A stretch of 63,311 nucleotides of DNA, filler included, from Gemmatimonadota bacterium (GTDB lineage: Bacteria; 4572-55; J002), in the NCBI GenBank assembly GCA_003697105.1. It is 7 parts of 7 records of this genome, joined end to end, with 100 filler letters (N's around TTAATTAATTAA, not from the genome) between each part and the next. Parts side by side here need not be neighbours in the genome. Positions count along the whole stretch, not along the records: positions 28,225 to 43,964 come from RFFQ01000061.1; positions 44,065 to 53,163 come from RFFQ01000062.1; 5 more parts are not named here. One strand, 5' to 3'. Of the stretch, positions 38,819 through 49,929 are shown piece after piece. The stretch's first letter is position 1. Each line of letters opens with the position of its first letter. The position numbers and the translations under genes were made by a program. Under the pieces are notes generated by a model that did no database searches, was not told the DNA's origin, and saw nothing but the letters and a program-made list of their open reading frames with translations.

Positions 38819-40483
38819 TTACGCTGCCACGTGTTGGGCAGCCCAAAGGGCAAGTTTTTCACGAAAAATTTTGGCGTTATGCCGGATATCTGTTGGGAAA
38901 ACACCGGGATAAATTAAAACGGTTTTGATCGATTTTGTCAACGGATTCGCCGCCGCCATCTTCTGTATGTCGTCAACCAGTTGGGTATCGCTGATATTGC
39001 GGGTGCTTTCCTTTTGCTTTTCAATCAGGATTACCGGTTGTTGGTTTGGGCGTTCGCCAACCCCCACTAAAGCGGAACGAAATACGGCAGGATGGTCATT
39101 AAAAATGCCTTCGCACGGAACGGTAAACAGGGTTCCACTGGCGGTAATTACGCGATGGCTCTTCCGGCCGCAATACCAAATTCGACCCAGCTCGTCAAAA
39201 TAGCCCACATCGCCGATGCGATGCCGGATCGTACCCTGAGCGTCATAAATTTTTGCCAACCGGGTATGGTCTGGGCGTTGATAATAAGCGGGCGTCACTA
39301 TATCGCCTTTGATGACGATTTCCCCGATAGTTCCGGGCGGCACACAAAGCGACCCATTCCACGTTTCAATGGGTTCATCACTAATGCGGATAATCTTCAC
39401 CTCAACATCTGGGAAGGGCATCCCGACGCATGTTCCAGCACCACGTTTGGTTTTTTCCGCCGTTTCGGTCACAACCTGACTCCCCGCAATTGAGGCGACC
39501 GGTAAGGCTTCTGTGGCGCCATACGCCGTATGTGTATCCGCCGCCGGGGTTAAAATATGCCGGTAAAAGCGCTCCAAAATATCCGGACGAACCGGCGCGC
39601 CGAACATCAAAATCCGTTTGAGAGAAGGCAATTTTATCTGATGGTCCACACTATATTTCCCGACACGATCCCAGATGGCAGGTGAGCCTGCCGCGGAGGT
39701 AATCCCTAAATTTTCAATCGTTTCTACGATTTTATGCGGGTCCACCTCTGCCGGACGGGTCGGGTCCATATCGGGAATAACACACGTCATACCCATTGCC
39801 ACATCAAATAGGGCAAATAGCGGGAATCCGGCAAGGTCGAGTTCACCTTCCTTAATCTGGTAAAAATCTCGGATATAGCGCACTTGGGCGTCAAAAATAC
39901 CGTGGGTGAACATCACGCCCTTCGGTGGACCGGTTGAACCGGTAGTAAAAATGATCGCGGCGAGGTCATCCGCCTGTGTCTCCGCTAACGGGAACTCTGG
40001 ACACGATGTCGGGCGGATCGAATCCAATGTGATCCCCGGTAGAATCCCCTTTTTACCGACAATCACCGCTTGTTTAACGGTCTGAAATGGTTTCCGGTAG
40101 ATCAATTTTGCCACATGGGCACGTGGTATGCCGATTAAGGCGTCCGGCTGTACCTCCGCCACACAATTGAGCAGATTATCTTTACCCATACCCGGGTCAA
40201 TCAAGACCGGCACCGTCCCCATTTTGAATAACGCAAATGTGAGGGCAATAAACTCTAAACTTGGCGTCACAGCCAGCAGGACTTTTGTCCCCCGTGAAAT
40301 TCCAATGGAATGCAATCCGTGACAGTAGCGGTCACACTCTTGATTCAATTGCCGGTAGGTCAGGTGAGTATATGCAACCCGTCCGGTATGATCGCGCCCT
40401 TCCGGGAAGACAACGGCTCGCTGGTAAGGTAATTTTTGCGCCATTTCCGGCAGATATTTCGCAATGTTACATAATGTCGGCAT
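38819..40483 (-). CDS. oleC: OleC-like beta-lactone synthetase (ANL adenylate-forming enzyme)
   Basis: CNIA, VPVLIDPGMG, IFTTGSTGPPKGV, FPLFALF, IPDMDPTRPA, YGATEALPV, WYCGRKSHRV and DIRHNAKIFREKL. Confidence 0.85.
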   Translation of the reverse strand: MPTLCNIAKYLPEMAQKLPYQRAVVFPEGRDHTGRVAYTHLTYRQLNQECDRYCHGLHSIGISRGTKVLLAVTPSLEFIALTFALFKMGTVPVLIDPGMGKDNLLNCVAEVQPDALIGIPRAHVAKLIYRKPFQTVKQAVIVGKKGILPGITLDSIRPTSCPEFPLAETQADDLAAIIFTTGSTGPPKGVMFTHGIFDAQVRYIRDFYQIKEGELDLAGFPLFALFDVAMGMTCVIPDMDPTRPAEVDPHKIVETIENLGITSAAGSPAIWDRVGKYSVDHQIKLPSLKRILMFGAPVRPDILERFYRHILTPAADTHTAYGATEALPVASIAGSQVVTETAEKTKRGAGTCVGMPFPDVEVKIIRISDEPIETWNGSLCVPPGTIGEIVIKGDIVTPAYYQRPDHTRLAKIYDAQGTIRHRIGDVGYFDELGRIWYCGRKSHRVITASGTLFTVPCEGIFNDHPAVFRSALVGVGERPNQQPVILIEKQKESTRNISDTQLVDDIQKMAAANPLTKSIKTVLIYPGVFPTDIRHNAKIFREKLALWAAQHVAA

Positions 40484-40706
40484 GCACGGCTCAGATTAAA
40501 AGTGGGAGTATAAATCAATTGTTCCGCGATAATAACATAGATGGAGATCAACGTCAATACCTTTCCTAACCCGTTGATATAGAATACATTAAAAGAAAGA
40601 TGAGAAAACGTTAAATTTTTAAGTTGACGGATGATCTTTTTTCGGGTACAATGTTCACCGGAGGTAAAATTTTGCCACCTCATCATTTATTTTCGGGAAA
40701 AGAGCC

Positions 40707-41285
40707 ATGGCAGACCTGACCGATCTACCGCATTTAATCCAGTTACTTGATGATGAATCCCCGCAGATTCGGAAAGCGGTCCTGGAAGCGCTCCACGATT
40801 TGGGTAGCCAATTAGATATCGAGCTTGAAAAAAAACCCGAATTGCTCAATCCGGTTCAGCGGGAACATTTGCAGAATGTGCTAGCACATCTAAAAGACCC
40901 TCCCCTCCCCAACATCCGGTTTGCTCCGGAAGTATCTAAAGAGATCACAAAATTTCAAATTGGAGAGATGGTGAAACATAAACGATACGGTTATCGAGGG
41001 GTTATTGTAGATTATGACCGCATCTGTCAGGCGGATGAAATCTGGTATTATGGAAATCGGTACCAGCCCCGCCGGAACCAGCCTTGGTACCATATTTTGG
41101 TACACCAATCAAACCAAACCACGTATGCCGCGCAGAGCAGTTTAACATGGGATACGTCCCTCCAACAGATTCAACATCCGCTACTCCGGTATTTTTTCCA
41201 CCATTTTGAAAATGGGCGTTACGAACGCAACAACGAACCGTGGCCCTATCGCTGGAATATTTCCAAAAATGATCAAAATACCTGA
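40707..41285 (+). CDS. HspQ/YccV-like domain protein with N-terminal HEAT-like helical segment
   Basis: KFQIGEMVKHKRYGYRGVIVDYD...QPWYHILV..TTYAAQSSL..IQHP; N-terminal LIQLLDDESPQIRKAV. Confidence 0.8.
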   Translation: MADLTDLPHLIQLLDDESPQIRKAVLEALHDLGSQLDIELEKKPELLNPVQREHLQNVLAHLKDPPLPNIRFAPEVSKEITKFQIGEMVKHKRYGYRGVIVDYDRICQADEIWYYGNRYQPRRNQPWYHILVHQSNQTTYAAQSSLTWDTSLQQIQHPLLRYFFHHFENGRYERNNEPWPYRWNISKNDQNT

Positions 41286-41303
41286 GTCATTCAGCCGCAT
41301 TCT

Positions 41304-42557
41304 ATGAACCTTACCTCCGGTTTGAAACAGCATTATCATACGCTTTTACGGATAGCTACTGGCATGATGGCAGTGATTGCTGGACTGTGGTTAAGCTACG
41401 AAATCTGGCGTTTTTTATGGGAACCCGATTATTTGGGACCCCTCCCTATCCATCCCGGGGCAATCGACCTCAAAATGCGATTTAACGAGGTTAATGCGTG
41501 GTTTCAAGGCACCCCGGTATATAAGACTATTGGGTCCGCGGTGTATCCCCCAGCCAGTTATGTGATCTTTTGGTTGCTATTGGGGTGGCTAAGCCTACCT
41601 TACGCCAAACTACTCTGGTTGGCCGCCTCGCTCTTCGTGGTATGGATATTCAGCCGGCAACTCATCCGGTATAGTTTAGCGTCTTCCCCGTTAGAAAAAC
41701 GGTTTATCGGCTGGCTACCCTTTGCCGCCTATGCCACCGGTGCGACTATCGGAAATGGACAAGTAATTGTCTTCGTGTTGCCCCTACTCCTTGCCGGAAT
41801 TTGGAATATCTGCCACTCCTCAATTCCGGCAATACGGCGCAAGCTTGGAAACGTTGCGATTCTACTGGCATTAGTTCAACCGACCATTGCCGCGCCGTTT
41901 TTTTGGCTGATCATGTTCGTACCTAGAACCATCAAGCCGGCGGCAATCATTGTCATGAGTTACGTGCTCTTAACCGGTTTCGCCCTTATGTTTCAAACCA
42001 TGGGAACCGCTAAAAAATTAGATTCAGCGTCATCGATGAAATCGATTGAGAATTGGACGTCACATGCCTCTGGCGGGATTAAAGCCGGTTCGGTTTCCGG
42101 TGGTTATAACAATATTCATACCCTTTTGACCTCCACCGGACTGGCAAAATGGAACATACCCGCTTCATTAATCATCCTACTCGCATTGGGTATCTGGATA
42201 TTTCTCTACCGTCACGCAGAAATCGGGTTGCTGATTGGCATGACTGCCATCATTGCTCGTCTTTGGATATACCATCGCTGGTATAATGATTTACTAATCG
42301 TATTGCCATTGGTTACGCTTTTTCGGATCACTCACCAAGCGCATTATTCTAGCAAAGCAAAATACGTAGCCACAGTGCTATTCATCATCGGTTGGCTGGT
42401 AACATTAGCTCCGGGTGGGCTATATCTTCTGCCGTCACCGCTCGATACCGTTTGGATGATGGCGCAGGTGGTTTTATGGCTGGGTATGTTAGTGTTCTTA
42501 ATGCAACAAATCTATACTCAATACACCCCTCAATTTCGGATATTAAATTTAAGGTAA
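41304..42557 (+). CDS. GT87/DUF2029-like polytopic membrane glycosyltransferase (GT-C)
   Basis: Many TM helices; IDL..R, VYPPASY, GNGQ and YHRWYND motifs. Confidence 0.65.
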   Translation: MNLTSGLKQHYHTLLRIATGMMAVIAGLWLSYEIWRFLWEPDYLGPLPIHPGAIDLKMRFNEVNAWFQGTPVYKTIGSAVYPPASYVIFWLLLGWLSLPYAKLLWLAASLFVVWIFSRQLIRYSLASSPLEKRFIGWLPFAAYATGATIGNGQVIVFVLPLLLAGIWNICHSSIPAIRRKLGNVAILLALVQPTIAAPFFWLIMFVPRTIKPAAIIVMSYVLLTGFALMFQTMGTAKKLDSASSMKSIENWTSHASGGIKAGSVSGGYNNIHTLLTSTGLAKWNIPASLIILLALGIWIFLYRHAEIGLLIGMTAIIARLWIYHRWYNDLLIVLPLVTLFRITHQAHYSSKAKYVATVLFIIGWLVTLAPGGLYLLPSPLDTVWMMAQVVLWLGMLVFLMQQIYTQYTPQFRILNLR

Positions 42558-42562
42558 TTCTT

Positions 42563-43741
42563 ATGGACATCAAACTTTCTAAGCTAGTCTCCCCCCGAAC
42601 AACATACGCCTTTGCGGAGGTCGATAAGCAGGTTGCCGCATTAAAGGCACAAGGTGTTCAGGTCATTGATTTTGGTGTCGGTGACCCCAAAGACCCCACA
42701 CCGGATTTTGTCATTCACGCCCTGAACGAGGCAAGCCGTATTTATGCCGCTTCGGGTTATCCCAGCTATATTGGCGCACCCTTTTTTCGATCCGCTGCGG
42801 CGGACTATCTCCGGCGGATGTACGGTGTCGAAATCGATCCGGAAACGGAAGTCTCCTCAACTATTGGTTCAAAAGAATCGGTGTTTCACTTTCCACGGGC
42901 ATTTATTGATCCGGGAGATGTGGTCATTTGCCCCACTCCGGGCTACCCGCCGTATAAGGTCGGCACAATATACGCCGGCGGAATTCCGTATTTCGTCCCA
43001 TTAACGGAAAAAACAGACTTTTTGATCGATTTGGAGGCAATTCCGGCGGATATTTGCGCCAAAGCCAAAATCATCTGGACGAATTATCCCAACTCCCCCA
43101 CCGGTAAACTCGCTCCGCGTGACTGGCTGGAAAAACTAGCAGAATGGGCACACCAGCATAATATTATTATCGCCGCAGATGAAGGCTGTTACCATGATAT
43201 TTATTTTGGGGCAGAGAAACCCCTCAGCATGTTAGAGGTCACGAAAGAAGGTGTGGTAGTCTTTTACAGCCTTTCTAAAGGCTTTAACATGACGGGTTAT
43301 CGGGTAGGCTTTGTCGCCGGCGACGCCCGCATCATCGATGCCTTTCGCAAGGTCAAAACGCAAATGGACTCCGGTACACCCACCTTCATCCAACACGCCG
43401 CCATGGTAGCGTTACAAGATACGGCGTTTGTGGCTCAAAATCGCGAAATGTACCGGCAAAAGCGAGCGTTGATGCTGGAAGCGTTACAATCGGCGGGGTT
43501 GCCTGCCTGTGAAAACGAAGGTACATTTTACATTTGGCAAAAAGCACCCCAAGGGATGACCGGTGAAGAGCTAGCACAACGCCTGTTAAAACTCGGAATT
43601 GTGGTTACACCCGGACAATGGATTTCAGACCCCACCGCCGAGGGATTCAATCCGGGAGAGCACTACGTCCGGATTGCCCTCGTCCCAACACTCACCGAAA
43701 TTGAAGAAGCATGCCAGCGACTGAAAAAAAGTACCCTGTAA
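42563..43741 (+). CDS. Class I/II PLP aminotransferase (LL-diaminopimelate aminotransferase-like)
   Basis: FGVGDP, IGSKE, NYPNSPTG, SLSKGFNMTGYRVGF and YVRIAL; start ATG 42563. Confidence 0.8.
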   Translation: MDIKLSKLVSPRTTYAFAEVDKQVAALKAQGVQVIDFGVGDPKDPTPDFVIHALNEASRIYAASGYPSYIGAPFFRSAAADYLRRMYGVEIDPETEVSSTIGSKESVFHFPRAFIDPGDVVICPTPGYPPYKVGTIYAGGIPYFVPLTEKTDFLIDLEAIPADICAKAKIIWTNYPNSPTGKLAPRDWLEKLAEWAHQHNIIIAADEGCYHDIYFGAEKPLSMLEVTKEGVVVFYSLSKGFNMTGYRVGFVAGDARIIDAFRKVKTQMDSGTPTFIQHAAMVALQDTAFVAQNREMYRQKRALMLEALQSAGLPACENEGTFYIWQKAPQGMTGEELAQRLLKLGIVVTPGQWISDPTAEGFNPGEHYVRIALVPTLTEIEEACQRLKKSTL

Positions 43742-43747
43742 TAATGT

Positions 43748-43794
43748 GTCTGGGGCGTCAAAGCTCGTTTTGGCGACCCAGACGTCGACTTTTC
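43748..43794 (+). terminator. Probable intrinsic terminator
   Basis: GTCTGGG-GCGTCAAA...TTTGGCGA-CCCAGAC imperfect hairpin followed by a T tract. Confidence 0.5.
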
Positions 43795-43867
43795 AATATT
43801 CCACCCGTTAATTTGTTTTTAACCATCGAATAAATCCTTGATCATCCGCTGGCGGAGTATTATTCTA

Positions 43868-43964
43868 ACCCAAGTTGCTACCAAAGAAAGTCTTGAAATA
43901 GGCCACTCCTTTCATGTAGACTTATCATATCTATATCTTATTGATAACTCTAACGTCTAACGAA
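43868..43964 (+). mobile_element. IS982-family left end, copy 2
   Basis: Identical 97-bp ACCCAAGTTGCTACC... segment; preceded by TATTCTA. Confidence 0.85.
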
Positions 43965-44064
43965 NNNNNNNNNNNNNNNNNNNNNNNNNNNNNNNNNNNN
44001 NNNNNNNNTTAATTAATTAANNNNNNNNNNNNNNNNNNNNNNNNNNNNNNNNNNNNNNNNNNNN
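43965..44064. other. Artificial contig linker
   Basis: N-run with TTAATTAATTAA. Confidence 0.98.
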
Positions 44065-45824
44065 GCATTGATCAGACCATCACCATCCCAGTCAGCACTA
44101 ACTGCCGTACCATTATGGGTACCACCAATAACGAAGTCCAAACCACCATTTTCACCATACGTGGTACAACCCGGGAAGCTCACACCTGCCGGAATGCGTG
44201 CCATCACCGCTATAAGGGAATCACGCGGCAACCCTTCGTTGATACCATCACCATCGGTATCAAAGTCTGCCGCGGCATTTTTATAACTGGTTTTATAAAT
44301 TAAGGCTTCGCTTTCATCGGGAATACCGTCACAATCGTTATCATTAAACCCTAAGGGATTGGTTTTAAGATAGTTGACTTCATCACCGTCACCCACATAA
44401 TCTCCAAAATAGTAATCAGAAGAAAATTGAGTCGGATCTGTTTCTGAAGGGTTCGCAACAGACCCCCAAGCAGAACTATCCGTACTTACATCTGATGCCC
44501 AATTAACCCACAAAGTTCCTTTATTCGTATCCGAATTGGGAAGAAAAGCACCTTGAGCACCATTACGGTCAAAGTCTTCTCCTTCGCCATAGTTAGTGTC
44601 GCTGGCACCAGAAAGATTAGCATAACCATCAATCCAACCATCAGGTAAACCATCCCGGTCAGTATCAATGTGAGTGGGGTCTGTCGTTGACGTAGAGTCG
44701 TTATCACCGCCAACACTGATGAAGTCAAACTGACTGGCACCATCTTCAGTCCCAACAACAGTGATGGTGGCAGTACCCCCATTATAGGGAATACTTTTAG
44801 AAGAAGCCGTACCATACACCATGGTGGAAGGGAGGTCATTTAATGTGTAGCCAACTTCCACCCCGTCAGCGATACCGTCGCCATCGGTATCGAGGTCACG
44901 AGGGTCTAAATAACGCCAGGGCTCATCCGCATCACGGGTGTGATTATTATTATAATCGTAATAATTCCCAAGAGTCAATTGGTCAGCCGTGCCGGCATTG
45001 ATGGTATAAGAATACTGCCCTAGGTTTGTCTCATCGGTTCCATCGAGGTCTTTATCAAACGAAGCACCGATTTCTTCCCCATCAATAATCCCATCATCAT
45101 CAGAGTCACGGTCTAAAGGGCTAGTACCATAACCGGGTTCCCAACTATCGATAATCCCATCGGCATCCGTATCGAGCTTATAGGGGTCGGTCGTCCACCC
45201 CATCCCCCATGTCGTTACCACTTCAACTTGGTCTGGAATCGCATCATTATCCGAATCTTTATCCATAGCATTGTTCAACCCGTCACCATCCACATCGAAA
45301 CGCGCTTTAACCGCGGCACTGGCATTCCAGTTGATGGCGGTTACCAGCCCGTTGGCATCCACCGTAACCATCCCGTCGGTATCCGCGGCCCAATTATCGG
45401 CCACCGCATCCGCGGCGGTATTATACCCTAAAAAATAACCGAACAATTCAAAGAAGTCGGAAATCCCATCACCATCAGAGTCATCCAACGCCGGATCGGT
45501 TTCCCACGTGGTAACATCTGTTGGGTCTGGATAGGGATTCACAATACCGAAAGTACCATATTGGTTATCGGCACCGCCATTTGACACATTACGGTCATAC
45601 AATTTGCCTTTCTCAGCTTGAACTTCCGCACCGTCACTAATACCGTCACCATCGGTATCCATATTGTACGGGTCCGTACCATATAAGAACTCCGTCGTAT
45701 CATACAGGCCGTCATTGTCCGAATCAACAACCTCAGCCATTACCGGCGATAAAACCGCCACCGATAATAAGAGAACTATGGCACTTAACAGCGAAAACCG
45801 ACTTAGTGTATCATTGGAAAACAC
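44065..45824 (-). CDS. Large secreted acidic protein with DxDxDG Ca-binding repeats (3'-truncated)
   Basis: GTG 45824 with GAGGAGGT RBS, then a signal peptide; repeated TDP...DTDGDGxxDGxE units. Confidence 0.8.
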
Positions 45825-46033
45825 AGTCGTTACCTCCTCTAAAGGTGAAAAATGAAAGTTATTATTGTACTTATAAGGTCTGTAACCATCACTACATTCT
45901 GACTTGTTAGAAGCACGTCGGAGGAATGAAAAATTATTTTTCACACCATCCATATCGGCTACTCCTTAACGTTAGTTTAGCGTTCAAAATTCTAGAAGTC
46001 TTATTTTAGAGCATAATCCTAGAATGAGGGTGC

Positions 46034-46062
46034 ATTTTATCATATAAAAGCGAGGCTGTCAA
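46034..46062 (-). promoter_or_regulatory. Strong sigma70 promoter of the Ca-repeat protein gene
   Basis: Minus strand TTGACA-17 nt-TAAAAT with an extended -10 TG. Confidence 0.7.
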
Positions 46063-46155
46063 CAAAAAAGTTGTTCAAAATGCAGTCGTTTGCTGTACCA
46101 ACACCAAGTGCATTTTGAATTCTCTTAATGAGCAATACAAGACTCATGCCGAAAA

Positions 46156-47514
<1,359 letters not shown>

Positions 47515-47589
47515 TCAAGCAAAAAGTTGATAACTGAAAAATAATCAACCAGGCGCAATAACACCCGAAAATTCAATAGGAAAGAAACG

Positions 47590-48180
47590 TTATGCAGATA
47601 AAAAGTTTTCAGATAACTGCTTCCACACTTCCGTCTTTCCCGCACGTGTTTTTGCCGAAAATGGAATGACTAAATCCGGTGGAAGCACCGCCTGCCGTTG
47701 AAATTGACCGTGTTGTTGTCGAATTTGATGTCTGGATAATTTATCCGCTTTGGTAGCCACAATAACGTGGGGTAAAGAAAATGACCGAACCCACTGAATA
47801 AAATCAATATCCAATTTAGAAAGTGGGTGTCGAATATCGGTGACCACCACAACGCCATTCAGAACCTCACGAACCGAAAAATAATCATTCATCAGGCTCA
47901 CCCATTGTCTCCGCATCGCTTTGCTAACTTTGGAATAGCCATATCCCGGCAGGTCAACAAAAAAAAAGGCATTATTGATCCGGTAAAAATTGAGGGTCTG
48001 TGTTCGCCCCGGCGTGGAACTCGTAAAAGCAAGCCGCTTCCGGTTCAGCAGCGCATTAATCGCCGACGACTTCCCGACATTAGAGCGACCCGCAAAGGCA
48101 ATTTCCGGTAAACCTTGCTTTGGAAATTGAGCAGGCGACGCGGCACTGATTACAAAATCAACGGTTTTTATCGTGACCAT
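47590..48180 (-). CDS. engB: Ribosome biogenesis GTPase YihA/EngB
   Basis: GRSNVGKSS, TPGRTQ, DLPGYG and TKADK. Confidence 0.95.
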   Translation of the reverse strand: MVTIKTVDFVISAASPAQFPKQGLPEIAFAGRSNVGKSSAINALLNRKRLAFTSSTPGRTQTLNFYRINNAFFFVDLPGYGYSKVSKAMRRQWVSLMNDYFSVREVLNGVVVVTDIRHPLSKLDIDFIQWVRSFSLPHVIVATKADKLSRHQIRQQHGQFQRQAVLPPDLVIPFSAKTRAGKTEVWKQLSENFLSA

Positions 48181-48514
48181 TGGACCGCTTTATAAAACGA
48201 TACACCACTTCCCCACTCTGAACCATCCCTAAGTCTTGGCGTGCAAGAGCTTCAATAGAAACCATATTTGTCGCTAAATCACGGTTGCGGTACAAAAGGT
48301 GATCGTTCTTTACTTGCAGATCAGAAATTGAACTCTGGAGGCGATCCCGCTCATGTTGTAACTGAAGAATCCGCACTAATCCAAAATCACCACCAATAAA
48401 CATATAAAGCAGGATTCCCACACCCATTAAACCTATAAATTTGAGCAGGGAAAAATGCCATTTTGGCCGCTCTCGACGTTCAGATAACCGGTTGATAGAC
48501 GGGTTTGAAGCCAT
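48158..48514 (-). CDS. Septum formation initiator (FtsB/DivIC family)
   Basis: TM helix, coiled coil, IEALARQDLGMV..GEVVY; follows eno as is typical. Confidence 0.85.
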   Translation of the reverse strand: MASNPSINRLSERRERPKWHFSLLKFIGLMGVGILLYMFIGGDFGLVRILQLQHERDRLQSSISDLQVKNDHLLYRNRDLATNMVSIEALARQDLGMVQSGEVVYRFIKRSNGHDKNR

Positions 48515-48519
48515 AAAAC

Positions 48520-49800
<1,281 letters not shown>

Positions 49801-49929
49801 CTAACGTTCTCCTTAATTTTGCAAAATGTGATTACACCTACCCGAACAACCCAACGTAGTCATTACTAAACATAGAGTAAAAAGTCAAGTATTTTTTGGT
49901 AAGCCCCATGCTTGAAAAAAGTATCCGGT

